From an uncultured Nitrososphaerota archaeon (GTDB lineage Archaea > Thermoproteota > Nitrososphaeria > Nitrososphaerales > Gagatemarchaeaceae): a DNA stretch of 64,000 bases. Made by a program: the position numbers and the translations under genes. The DNA lies in NCBI GenBank assembly GCA_963838925.1, contig CAWISW010000003.1, positions 352,001 to 416,000 on the forward strand, read 5' to 3'. The notes under the pieces were generated by a model. It worked only from the letters and a program-made list of their open reading frames with translations, ran no database searches and was not told the DNA's origin. The number at the start of each line of letters is the position of its first letter. Position 1 is the first letter of the stretch. Below, piece by piece: positions 28,322 through 37,419 of this stretch.

Positions 28322-29653
28322 TTGAAGTCGACCATGCGCTCCAGAAAAGCACTGATCGCGGTAGTCTTGCTATTGGTCATCGTCCCGGGTGGAGTACTCT
28401 TGGGGCTCACGAGGGCGTCTTCCCCGCAGGCCTCGTCGTTCGGGCCGGCGCTGGCACCTAGCACCCAGAATATCTCTTCGGGCGCGGCTCTGGCGAGTCT
28501 CGGCACGAGCTTTGGGTACGAGGCAGCGGGAGGGATAAGCTCGGTAGGCAACAACATACCGATCTCAGCCGGCGCGACCACGGAGTCGAGCACGGTCATG
28601 ATGACCGCCACGACCACGACCGTCGCGGCGGCCTCGAACGGCGGCACAACCGTGGTGCAAGGAAACACCCAACAAGTGTCCTCCCAAGGGACAGGCGCCC
28701 CTCTCTCCGCAGCGTCGACGGGCACCAACGGAAGCCGTGACATAGAGTTCTTCACGAACGTTACCCTCCAGGCTGGGTCCGCTTCCACAGCCTTCACGAG
28801 GGCCACCGCGATAGCATACTCGGTCGGCGGATACGTCTCCGACTCCACCGAGAGCAACACGACGGCCTTGGTCGTGTTACGGGTTCCAGCCGCGAGCTAT
28901 CAGAGCGCCCTGACGCAGCTCGAAGCCCTAGGTACGCTCGTCACGTTGCGCTCTTCGAGCAACGACGTCACGGTGCAGTATACCGACCTGAACGCCACCC
29001 TCCAGTCGCTGCAGGCGGAGCAGACCTCCCTCCTGAAGATCCTTGGCGAGTCGACCAACATCAACGCGACGCTAAACGTCGAGTCAAGGATACAGACGGT
29101 CGACCAACAGATCAACGCGGTCGAGAGCGAGATCCTCCAGACCCAGACCCTCGTGTCTTACGCCACGATCTCCGTCTTCGTGGAGGAGAAGGTCCAGACC
29201 CAGCCGCTGGCCATCAAGGTGACTGCCACTCCGAAGAGCGGGGAAAGCCCGCTCAGCGTCACGTTCAACGCGGTGACAAAGGGCGGAGTCCAGCCGTACA
29301 TCGTCAACTACAACTTCGGCGACGGCACTTCTTACGAGGGGCAGGCGTTGATACACACTTTCGAGCAAGCCGGGCACTACAACGTCACCGTGACCGCCAC
29401 CGACGCCTCCGCCAATGTCACAGAGGCCTGGACAATCGTCAACGTCTCCTCTCCGCCCGCCACCTCGACCTTCGGCGGTTTTCCTAACTTCGTCGGCGGG
29501 CTCTTCGTCCAGGTGGTAGAGGGGATAGTCGAGGTCGCGGTCGTGGTCGTCCCGATAGCCGCCGCGCTCCTGATCGCGCTCTTCCCTCTGCGGCACAGAC
29601 TGGGCATGTCGTCCCGGCGGCCGCAAAAGGACGAGGGAGGAGAGGCGGCGTGA
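28322..29653 (+). CDS. DUF4349 + PKD domain membrane protein
   Basis: GGYVS...LRVPA...DVTVQYTDL...VSYATI; ATPKSGESPLSVTF...YNFGDG PKD; C-terminal TM. Confidence 0.85.
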   Translation: MKSTMRSRKALIAVVLLLVIVPGGVLLGLTRASSPQASSFGPALAPSTQNISSGAALASLGTSFGYEAAGGISSVGNNIPISAGATTESSTVMMTATTTTVAAASNGGTTVVQGNTQQVSSQGTGAPLSAASTGTNGSRDIEFFTNVTLQAGSASTAFTRATAIAYSVGGYVSDSTESNTTALVVLRVPAASYQSALTQLEALGTLVTLRSSSNDVTVQYTDLNATLQSLQAEQTSLLKILGESTNINATLNVESRIQTVDQQINAVESEILQTQTLVSYATISVFVEEKVQTQPLAIKVTATPKSGESPLSVTFNAVTKGGVQPYIVNYNFGDGTSYEGQALIHTFEQAGHYNVTVTATDASANVTEAWTIVNVSSPPATSTFGGFPNFVGGLFVQVVEGIVEVAVVVVPIAAALLIALFPLRHRLGMSSRRPQKDEGGEAA

Positions 29654-29770
29654 ATCAGGTTCGAAGGAGAGACAAGCGGATAGCCTTATCTCAGAACGCC
29701 TTGCTAAAGAAACCCAAGAGTTGAGACATTCTCTTCTGAGGAATCGCGTTCTACACTCAATCGTTTCTTC

Positions 29771-30001
29771 GTGGTCACAGCAATCATAGCCGTTCTTTTC
29801 ACGGCGTATGAAATTGTGCTCTCGCCCTATCAGCTCTGCTCTTGTAGCCTCGCATCCCACATGGTTCCATGTTGCCCTGATCGTCCGTCGTGGTACTACC
29901 CGCTTCTGTTCGCGGGCATCAGCATCCTGATCCTGTCACTGATTGGAATTCTGGCTACTCGACGGGTGACGACGGTCGACACCAGTAATTCCCTGTCGTG
30001 A
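29771..30001 (+). CDS. Small 2-TM protein with Cys-rich loop
   Basis: Two hydrophobic helices around CSC...CC. Confidence 0.5.
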   Translation: MVTAIIAVLFTAYEIVLSPYQLCSCSLASHMVPCCPDRPSWYYPLLFAGISILILSLIGILATRRVTTVDTSNSLS

Positions 30002-30081
30002 GTGAGAAGGACGTAACAACACTGTGGAACTAACCCCCCCCATCGCCCGTCGGCGGGACTACACGCAATTCGATCGAAGTC

Positions 30082-30481
30082 TTAGGCTGTGAATGGTGCG
30101 GTTGTGGATGAAGAGATTGCGTAACCGCTCGCGCTGACAGCAAAGAATGTCGCGGCATACATTCCGGAAGCCAGTCCGAATGTTATCGTGTAGGCCGTCC
30201 CGTTGGCGCCTGCCGCGAGCTGAAGAACGCTCGTCGAGATCTCAACTGTTTGACCAAGGGAGTTATGGACTACCATGAACACGATTCCGGTCACAGTGGC
30301 ATTGATTCCGTTGACATATGAAATAGCGAAAGCGGCGTAGGCGGCAAGTTGGACGTAGGCGGGAGGGCCTGTTTCAAACCAACATCCACCAGCACCACAA
30401 GCAGCGTTGGCGCTCGCTGTCGCAGATTGGAGCGAAGGGAGAAAGAGAAGCAGAATGATGAGGCCGAAAGAACGGGCCCAA
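30082..30481 (-). pseudogene. Secreted protein gene lacking an in-frame start
   Basis: Frame of 30082-30294 stays open upstream through a signal peptide (RSFGLIILLLFLPSLQSATASANA); nearest TTG is 1 nt out of frame. Confidence 0.55.
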
Positions 30482-30621
30482 TCGTGAAGCCGAGAGTCGT
30501 GTCTATCAAGACGCTTCGGTGGTGATGGTCGGATTTAGTCGTTCTGGAACAACCGTCGGTTCTGTTAACTTAGAGAGTCACGCCTGAGCAAGGTAACAGT
30601 CGGGTCACTCGGAGATAAGAG

Positions 30622-31170
30622 CTAGGTCGTTTGGGTGACAGTTGTTGTCGTGATAGTCGTTTGGCAGCCTGTCGAGGTCGCCGTCGAACCATAGTTCGTT
30701 GACGTTACCGTTGCAGTAGTCGTCACTGTGGCTGCGGCTTGAGTAGTGGAGGATTCCATTTGTGTGACGGTTACTGTGCTCGTGCTACTGCATTCCGTCA
30801 CCACAGTAGTCACCCCCGGGTAGCTGACTGTCCTCGTTACTGTGGCGGTTATCGTCTCCGCACCACCTTGTTGAGAACTCGATCCTTCCGACGACGTTGA
30901 GGAGGTCGGATATGAAATGGGCGTTGTGGTAGTAGATATCCCGTTCGACAGCGTAAACGAGGTTGTCGTGGAGCCCGGAATCGTGGTGTAGGTGCTTATT
31001 CCCGTCTCTGATGTTGTTGAAGTGTTGGTGCCGCCAGAACCTGATGTAACGGTAGTGGTGGAGGATGATGACGAAAAGAGTTCTGCGGCCGCTAGTATGC
31101 CGACAATGACCACTACGATTAGGACTGCAATAACGGCTGGAAGGCCGATAGCCGCTCGCCGAGTCCTCAT
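30622..31170 (-). CDS. Thr/Ser-rich membrane-anchored protein
   Basis: RRAAIG + TM leader; Thr-rich tail like 17395 and 9736. Confidence 0.75.
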   Translation of the reverse strand: MRTRRAAIGLPAVIAVLIVVVIVGILAAAELFSSSSSTTTVTSGSGGTNTSTTSETGISTYTTIPGSTTTSFTLSNGISTTTTPISYPTSSTSSEGSSSQQGGAETITATVTRTVSYPGVTTVVTECSSTSTVTVTQMESSTTQAAATVTTTATVTSTNYGSTATSTGCQTTITTTTVTQTT

Positions 31171-31278
31171 GTGCAATTATTCGATTGTCATTCATCATTA
31201 ATACCTTTGTCCGAATGGTACTGAATAGGGCGCATTCGTCGTAGCGGGTGATTGCAGCCCGAAGACTTTCCATAGCCG

Positions 31279-31590
31279 GTGGCTCCTCGACTTAATTACT
31301 TCGATTCCCCTCTCAGGGAGGCACAGTTGAAGAAACGAGAGAGGACTCTCATTCTCATGGAGATACTCTCGATTTTGCGCTCCGGTCCCATGGGGCCGAC
31401 CAGGATCGCCCAGGCAACGGGGCTAAGCTTCGACAAGTTCATGCAGCTGGCGGCGCTGCTCGAGTCGAGGCGCTTCGTTGGAAAGTCCGTCAGGGAAGGG
31501 CAGAACGTCTACGCAATCACGCCGGACGGCAGTCAGCTCCTACAGGAGTGGGAGAAGGTGTGGACCAAGATATCGCCGGACTTATCCTAG
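31279..31590 (+). CDS. Archaeal winged-HTH transcription regulator
   Basis: KRER...EIL...PTRIAQATGLS...YAITPDG. Confidence 0.85.
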   Translation: MAPRLNYFDSPLREAQLKKRERTLILMEILSILRSGPMGPTRIAQATGLSFDKFMQLAALLESRRFVGKSVREGQNVYAITPDGSQLLQEWEKVWTKISPDLS

Positions 31591-31646
31591 AGGGGACAGT
31601 CATGTCCTAAAATAACACCGCTGGCTAGAAGATTCTGTGTCTGAAG

Positions 31647-32294
31647 ATGCCGTGGCACAAGAAGGAGATGGCGATTGGCGTCATAATAGGAATCCTGGTG
31701 GCGAGCGCCTTCGCTGCCGCGCTGCTCGTCCCGCGCTCTACGAGTAGTTCCACGTCTAGCTCACAGCAGCAAACAACCGGGACGCTCATCGCAAGCTCAA
31801 GCACACAGACCCAGTCCGCGTGCTCCGAGATTACGCAGGGCAAGCAGTACTTCGTCGCCTGCGGATCGACTACGTACACGAACACGAGCACAAGCAACAC
31901 CTGCACGACCACAGGTCTTGTCCCCGGCACGTGCGCCGAGATTGGGCCGCCTTGCTTCAATGCTCCCGAGAGCTGCGCCACCACCCAGGCGGTGGCATAT
32001 TATCTGGCGGTATCGGATGCCGGGACCCAACTGTTTCTTGCCATGGAGAACACAGGGAATGTGCCGATAGGAGGCTATGAGGTGATGATTGACAATCAAT
32101 TCGCCGGCACTCTCAACCAGACGTCCACGCCGCACCAGATTGTAAGCGGAACGATTCAGGTTGCAAGCGGCATCACAGTCGTCGTCGGAAACACCTACGC
32201 CGTTAACGTGATCCCGATGGTTCATTCGGGAATCTCCTTCGGAGACCTCATCAATATGACAGCCATCGATGCATCAGAGACACCAAGCGCCTGA
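31647..32294 (+). CDS. Membrane-anchored surface protein
   Basis: TM, S/T linker, Cys-rich region, Ig-like C-terminal domain. Confidence 0.7.
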   Translation: MPWHKKEMAIGVIIGILVASAFAAALLVPRSTSSSTSSSQQQTTGTLIASSSTQTQSACSEITQGKQYFVACGSTTYTNTSTSNTCTTTGLVPGTCAEIGPPCFNAPESCATTQAVAYYLAVSDAGTQLFLAMENTGNVPIGGYEVMIDNQFAGTLNQTSTPHQIVSGTIQVASGITVVVGNTYAVNVIPMVHSGISFGDLINMTAIDASETPSA

Positions 32295-32354
32295 CGAACA
32301 TCGTGCGCCCCAAAGACGTCCTCTTGTGGGCTCTCGCAGTCGAACTCATCTAAG

Positions 32355-32792
32355 ATGAGGAACAGTTTTATCCGCGAAACGAGACGAAAGTATCGTTTCT
32401 TGTCAAGCCCCGATAGCGAGAAGCAGGCGGGAAGCGAGGCTGCCGGCTTGGCTCCCTCCGTGGAGATAATCGAGGCCCACGGCTCGTTCGTGCAGCACAT
32501 CGAGGACGGACAGGCGAGGATGAAGGTTCTCTCGGTGATAACGATAGTAGTCGCATTTCTCCTATTAGCCTCCTACTTCTATCAAGTCCTGACGCCATTC
32601 ACGACCGGGACGACGGTGGTCACAGTGAACCTTCTCGACCCGACGCTCCTTGCGCTCGAGGCCATCCTCATCGTCGTGACGTTCGCGTGGCTCTACGTGG
32701 GAGTCGTGAACTATCTCTTCGCCTCGCGCCTCGGAAGGCAGATCAAGGAGGCGCGCGCAAAGGAGAGGGACATCGAGAGGAAGCTCACGTAG
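32355..32792 (+). CDS. 2-TM hypothetical membrane protein
   Basis: Two TM helices, charged C-terminus; start uncertain. Confidence 0.65.
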   Translation: MRNSFIRETRRKYRFLSSPDSEKQAGSEAAGLAPSVEIIEAHGSFVQHIEDGQARMKVLSVITIVVAFLLLASYFYQVLTPFTTGTTVVTVNLLDPTLLALEAILIVVTFAWLYVGVVNYLFASRLGRQIKEARAKERDIERKLT

Positions 32793-32829
32793 GGATTTAT
32801 TAGCTCCCGCGTCATGTCAGGATGTGAAG

Positions 32830-32979
32830 ATGCCCTCTCGCGAGGAAGACGAGTTCCAGAGAGAACTGAAGGAGGTTCTCGCCAAGCCCGAAAGGTGGTA
32901 CCTGGAGAGAGTCGACCGGGCGGTGAAGGGCGCGCGTAATGTCAGAGCAAGACGTGTGCGAGTTTCTCAAAAGAGTTGA
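32830..32979 (+). CDS. Small protein A of two-gene module 1 (49 aa)
   Basis: MPSREEDEFQRELKEVLAKPERWYLERVDRAVKGARNVRARRVRVSQKS; TATA tttatta upstream. Confidence 0.55.
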   Translation: MPSREEDEFQRELKEVLAKPERWYLERVDRAVKGARNVRARRVRVSQKS

Positions 32980-33097
32980 GGCAGCCTACACGAAGCGCCT
33001 CGTCAAGGGTTGGGAACGTGACCCAGAGTCCTTTGACGAATATGTCAGGCAGCTCGAGAACGTGATCGACCTCCGCGGAAAAATCTGCAAAGCCTAA
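32939..33097 (+). CDS. Small protein B of two-gene module 1 (52 aa)
   Basis: MSEQDVCEFLKRVEAAYTKRLVKGWERDPESFDEYVRQLENVIDLRGKICKA. Confidence 0.6.
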   Translation: MSEQDVCEFLKRVEAAYTKRLVKGWERDPESFDEYVRQLENVIDLRGKICKA

Positions 33098-33149
33098 TGG
33101 CCGTAGCACAGCCTTATCTGCAAGCTCGCCGAAACCCAACCGGCACCGC

Positions 33150-34430
33150 ATGAGCTACCTCATCGGGATTGACGACACAGATTCCCGCTTCGGCCACTGC
33201 ACGACTCACCTCGGGTACCTCATCGTCTGCGAGCTAGAGAGAATCGGTTGCACCTTCACGACGTATCCTCGCCTGGTCAGGCTGAACCCCAACATCCCAT
33301 TCAAGACGAGGGGCAACGCGGCCGTCTGCATCGAGTTCGAAGCCGATTCCGACCGCCTTCGTGATGAGGCTTTCAGGGCCGCGGAGAGGCTCCTAGAGGC
33401 AGAAGCCGACGTCGCGAACGGGGCGAACTCAGCGCTAGTGATGGTGTCGAAGGACGCGGCCGACGGCCTCGCATTCTGCAGGCAGGTCTACCAAAGAGCG
33501 GTCAACGGCGTCGTGAGCTACAGGAGCGTGTCTGCAGCGGTCTCCAACATGGGCATCCACCATAGGCTGCTCGGAAACGGGATGGGGATCGTCGGGGCGG
33601 TCGCGAGCCTGGGGTTCTCGTGCGCCATGGACGACCACACCTACGAGCTGATCTCGTACCGCTTGCCTGAGAACTGCGGGACGCGAAGGGCAGTCGCGCC
33701 CGAGTCTGTCAAGGGGATGGAGGCCGAGACCTTCCCGCACACGTTCAACAGCTACGACCACGAGTCAGGTCGGGTTCTCATCGCCCCGACCGGGCCAGAC
33801 CCCGTGCTCGCGGGGGTAAGAGGAGACTCTCCCCAAGCCGTCCTCGAGGCATTCGGCAAGGTCCGGATGGGCGAGGAGGCGCTGGGCCACGTCATCTACG
33901 CCACGAACCAGTGCACGGACGCCCACCTGACGCGCCAGTTGTCGATCCCCCTCACTTCATATTCTGCGGGTTGGCTTGAAGGGAGGATCGTCACTTCGCA
34001 GCCCTTCCAAGGCGGCCACCTAATGCTCGAAGTCAGCGTCGGCGACTCGGAGGTGGGATGCATGGTCTACGAGCCTTCAGGAGACCTCATGCGGGTCGCC
34101 CGTCTCTTGTCGCCTGGGAATACCGTCAGAATCTCGGGCGGAGTCAGAAGGGCCTCGTCCAAGAACCCGGTAGTAATCAATGTGGAAAGGATTGACGTCG
34201 TCAACACTTCGCACCAAGCTCGAAGAAGGGAGGCGTTTCGGGCAGCTGCATCCCGAGTCCACCCCGGCGCGTACCTTCCTTCCCCCAGAGCTCAGAGGCA
34301 TCTGACAAAGCAGCTAGTCCGCTATGGGAACGAGATGACTGGCGAGCATGCCCTAATCAAAGGCTGGGTCAAGGCGCCGATATTACGAGCAAAGCTGCCG
34401 CTGCGGGCTGTGACCAGTAGCGGTCGCTGA
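33150..34430 (+). CDS. tiaS: tRNA(Ile2) agmatinylcytidine synthetase
   Basis: IGIDDTDS, CTT, PRLVRLNPNIPFKTRGN, GPDPVLAGVRG, TNQCTDAHL, RHLTK. Confidence 0.93.
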   Translation: MSYLIGIDDTDSRFGHCTTHLGYLIVCELERIGCTFTTYPRLVRLNPNIPFKTRGNAAVCIEFEADSDRLRDEAFRAAERLLEAEADVANGANSALVMVSKDAADGLAFCRQVYQRAVNGVVSYRSVSAAVSNMGIHHRLLGNGMGIVGAVASLGFSCAMDDHTYELISYRLPENCGTRRAVAPESVKGMEAETFPHTFNSYDHESGRVLIAPTGPDPVLAGVRGDSPQAVLEAFGKVRMGEEALGHVIYATNQCTDAHLTRQLSIPLTSYSAGWLEGRIVTSQPFQGGHLMLEVSVGDSEVGCMVYEPSGDLMRVARLLSPGNTVRISGGVRRASSKNPVVINVERIDVVNTSHQARRREAFRAAASRVHPGAYLPSPRAQRHLTKQLVRYGNEMTGEHALIKGWVKAPILRAKLPLRAVTSSGR

Positions 34431-34437
34431 TTGTCAG

Positions 34438-35568
34438 TCAAGGGCTGAATGTGAACGTCTGCGTCTCGTTGTCGGTGAAACTCAACGTCAGCGGACCGCG
34501 CGGTAATGGGGAGGAGTTGGTCACGCTGATGAGCGAGCACTCGTTTGGATAGAAGAGTGCGGGGTAACTCAGAGTCCCGTTGGGCGCGTAGTATTGCCAA
34601 CTCTGCACTTGGATTCCATCGGGAGAGAACTGGTAAGGCGAGTTGCCGTAATGGAAGGATGATGAGTCAAACGATAGAAGCGTGAGGGTTGAGTTTCCTG
34701 TGTTCGAGAGCGCTAGCACGACCGTCCTGTTGCTCCCCAGATTTTGGTAGTAGCTTTGGAGCTTGAGAGGACCGGCGCTTGATGTGCCATTTGTGAAGCT
34801 CACAAACGAGGAATTCGATGCGATTGTGGCGCAGTCGAGAGGGTTCGCGTTCTTGAGCACCTTGAAATGCAGAATCGCCATCTGCCCAAATGCGTCCTCG
34901 CCTACCATAGTGTAGTTGCCTGGAGAAAACGACCGAAAGGTGATGTTCGGCGATGAGCCGACCGGAATGAACGGGATCGTACCGGTCCAATATCCAAAAT
35001 ATTTCTCCGTCGCGGTCGCCGCCTGAGTGTACACATCGGTGAGGTTGGGTTGCGGGCTGACTAGGGTGAAGACATCACTTGAAGGCGCGAATGAGAAATA
35101 AGCAATTTGGAAAGCTTCTGGGCAGCTGGTTGGGCCAGGATAACTGAGTCCCAAGGGGTCACCCTCAGACATGTTTTCAACACCATAGTTGCCCTGGTAA
35201 ATCCCGACTCCTACGGGAAGCTGACCGCATGGACCGATACGAAGATGGACTCCGGTCGTCAGAGTCAAGTTGCTCCTATCGGTGAGCGTATTCTCAAGCG
35301 TCACATTCATCGACACACCGTCGTTTTGAGGTACCTGAGCTTGTCCGATGCTTAATGTAAGCCGAATGCCCAAAGACGAGTTGTAATCACTAGCCGTGAG
35401 CTGGGTGCTGTTTGTCAGGATGGCTGTCGTCGCCGTGGTAGCGCTTGATGAAATCGTGGAGGTCGTGCCGGAATGAGGCAGAATCACGATCACAGAGACG
35501 AGAATCACTCCCGCTATCATCGCGGCAGCAGCCATAGGGAGCCAGCGACGGGGCGCTTGATTGCTCAA
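34438..35568 (-). CDS. Two-domain surface protein
   Basis: Leader and first module paralogous to 13722. Confidence 0.8.
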   Translation of the reverse strand: MSNQAPRRWLPMAAAAMIAGVILVSVIVILPHSGTTSTISSSATTATTAILTNSTQLTASDYNSSLGIRLTLSIGQAQVPQNDGVSMNVTLENTLTDRSNLTLTTGVHLRIGPCGQLPVGVGIYQGNYGVENMSEGDPLGLSYPGPTSCPEAFQIAYFSFAPSSDVFTLVSPQPNLTDVYTQAATATEKYFGYWTGTIPFIPVGSSPNITFRSFSPGNYTMVGEDAFGQMAILHFKVLKNANPLDCATIASNSSFVSFTNGTSSAGPLKLQSYYQNLGSNRTVVLALSNTGNSTLTLLSFDSSSFHYGNSPYQFSPDGIQVQSWQYYAPNGTLSYPALFYPNECSLISVTNSSPLPRGPLTLSFTDNETQTFTFSP

Positions 35569-35711
35569 CAGACCAGTTTCTTGAGGTCGGATTTCGCTAA
35601 ATAGTTTTGTCCGACCGCGCGAATGCTTCTTTCAAAGGGACTTTGGTCTAGACTTGTCGAACCCCGCCGTGTCTCGAAAAGCTTAAGATTGAATTTGCGC
35701 CGAACAGCGTC

Positions 35712-35767
35712 GGCGGTGGAGCTCGCCATAACCGCTCGCAACCTGTTGTGGGCCAATAGCTCCTACC
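35712..35767 (+). promoter_or_regulatory. Fluoride (crcB) riboswitch
   Basis: GGCGGTGGAGCTCGCCATAACCGCTC...GGCCAATAGCTCCTAC fits the motif, pseudoknot GGAGCT/AGCTCC; directly upstream of crcB. Confidence 0.9.
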
Positions 35768-35800
35768 AAACAAAACAAAAGCGAGCGGGAATGATACACG

Positions 35801-36181
35801 ATGAAGTATGACCTGGTCTATCTGGCAGCGGGCGCTCTTCTCGGGGCCTTCATGCGCTACAAGGTCACAGGCGACAACCTCTTCGCCGGAGGACTCCCGA
35901 TCTCTGTCTTGCTCGTGAACATCATCGGAAGTTTGATTTTGGGGGCGAGCTCGACCGCAGTTTCGAGCCTCGGCCTCGACGAGCGCTACACCCTGCTAAT
36001 CGGGATAGGATTCTGCGGCTCCCTTACCACGATGTCCTCCTTCGCCTTTGAGACCGTGAACCTGATAAGCGTCGGAGAGATTGCGACCGCGGGACTGGAC
36101 TTAGTACTCAATGTCGGCGCCTCGCTCGGCGCAATAATATTAGGCAGGGCGGTCATGACGCTCCTGCTAGGACTAGGTTAG
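35801..36181 (+). CDS. crcB: Fluoride channel CrcB/Fluc
   Basis: GALLGAFMRY, VNIIGS, GFCGSLTTMSSF. Confidence 0.93.
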   Translation: MKYDLVYLAAGALLGAFMRYKVTGDNLFAGGLPISVLLVNIIGSLILGASSTAVSSLGLDERYTLLIGIGFCGSLTTMSSFAFETVNLISVGEIATAGLDLVLNVGASLGAIILGRAVMTLLLGLG

Positions 36182-36189
36182 ACTCCAAG

Positions 36190-36525
36190 ATGGTCGCAGA
36201 CTCAGGCCTGCCGGCTCCCAAGAAGATGCTAAGGCTCACCGTCATTGTCAAGGCCCGTGACTCCTACCAGGGGAAGCCGGTCGTAGACGTGCTGCTCTCG
36301 CTATACAAGAAGGTCGGCATCTCGGGCGCCACTGTGACTCACGCGGCAAGGGGCTACGGGGTCCGTGGCGTCGCTCGAGCAGACGTCCTGGGCCTCTCGG
36401 TCAACCTTCCCACGATAATCGAGACTGTGGCCGACAATGAGAAGGTCGACAAGGTCCTTCCGGAGATCCACCGGATGGTCGGGAATAACGGTCTGATTAC
36501 GACTTCAGAAGTGAACGTATACTGA
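36190..36525 (+). CDS. DUF190 PII-like protein
   Basis: GISGATV...GYG...LSVNLP; usual crcB partner. Confidence 0.85.
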   Translation: MVADSGLPAPKKMLRLTVIVKARDSYQGKPVVDVLLSLYKKVGISGATVTHAARGYGVRGVARADVLGLSVNLPTIIETVADNEKVDKVLPEIHRMVGNNGLITTSEVNVY

Positions 36526-36643
36526 CTAGGATGAGAAAAGTAGCGAGAGGTTGAACTGAGTCTTCTTGCGCTAGGCCAAACGAAGACTAGACTCTACCCG
36601 TTGGGACAATACTATAAGAAAAGCCGCTTGACTTACCCACTCA

Positions 36644-37252
36644 ATGCAACGAACCAATACTGTCTTGGCAGTCTTCGTAGTATTGGCCATTGCGCTCGCT
36701 TCTCTCTCCGCTCTGGAATACTCGATGCTCGGAACGCAAAAGACCACAACCATGTCAGAGATCGGGACTAGCGTTCTATCTACTACAACCGTTACCTCCA
36801 CAGTTACCACCTTGAGCGAAATCACGGTAACTGCTTCCTCGCTCCCTTACGTGTTGCCTCCGGACGAACATTGTTGCTTTGTGATTCAGACCGCTGACAA
36901 TGTTACTGGAACTACTTTTGCATACACAGAGTTGAACGGATCCATCCCAGCAGCCTCTTACGCCCTCGATAACGTAACCTCGTTCACCCTCGATAACGTG
37001 AGATTCAGCATCGTGGTATCGTTGGTCGGCCAAGCCCAACATGGACTTGGTTGTTACCTATGGCCGCCCACAGAAGCCGGATACGTCCAAGCGACCTTCT
37101 CAGACGGGACCTCTGAGCGACTGAATCCCTGCCTTGTGCTTGGAGCTCCAAGCATGGCGGTCTTGCTGACCAGCCACGTCAATCCTCAGGCAGGATTCCT
37201 CATATCTGGAGCTACGGGCGGCTTCTACTTCCTTGTGAGCACAACTCCATAG
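36644..37252 (+). CDS. Membrane-anchored surface protein
   Basis: TM, Thr-rich linker, module shared with 17395. Confidence 0.75.
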   Translation: MQRTNTVLAVFVVLAIALASLSALEYSMLGTQKTTTMSEIGTSVLSTTTVTSTVTTLSEITVTASSLPYVLPPDEHCCFVIQTADNVTGTTFAYTELNGSIPAASYALDNVTSFTLDNVRFSIVVSLVGQAQHGLGCYLWPPTEAGYVQATFSDGTSERLNPCLVLGAPSMAVLLTSHVNPQAGFLISGATGGFYFLVSTTP

Positions 37253-37317
37253 AGATTCGAACCTACAGAAGACAGGAGTGGAACGGCAAGAGCATACGCT
37301 CATCTTTTGATAATGAA

Positions 37318-37384
37318 TAGCGAGGGGTGGAGTTTCAGAGGGATATCCCTCCTTTGAACTTACGGCCGGATTACTCCGGTCACC
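37318..37384 (-). pseudogene. Isolated tRNA-iMet 3' fragment containing two BHB introns
   Basis: Removing 37360-37380 and 37332-37352 gives GGTGG-TTCAAAT-CCACC-CCTCGCT-A: a perfect T arm plus the same acceptor strand as tRNA-iMet. Confidence 0.85.
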
Positions 37385-37419
37385 CTTGTCGTCTAAATAC
37401 TCCGTAGTCCTATTGAATC

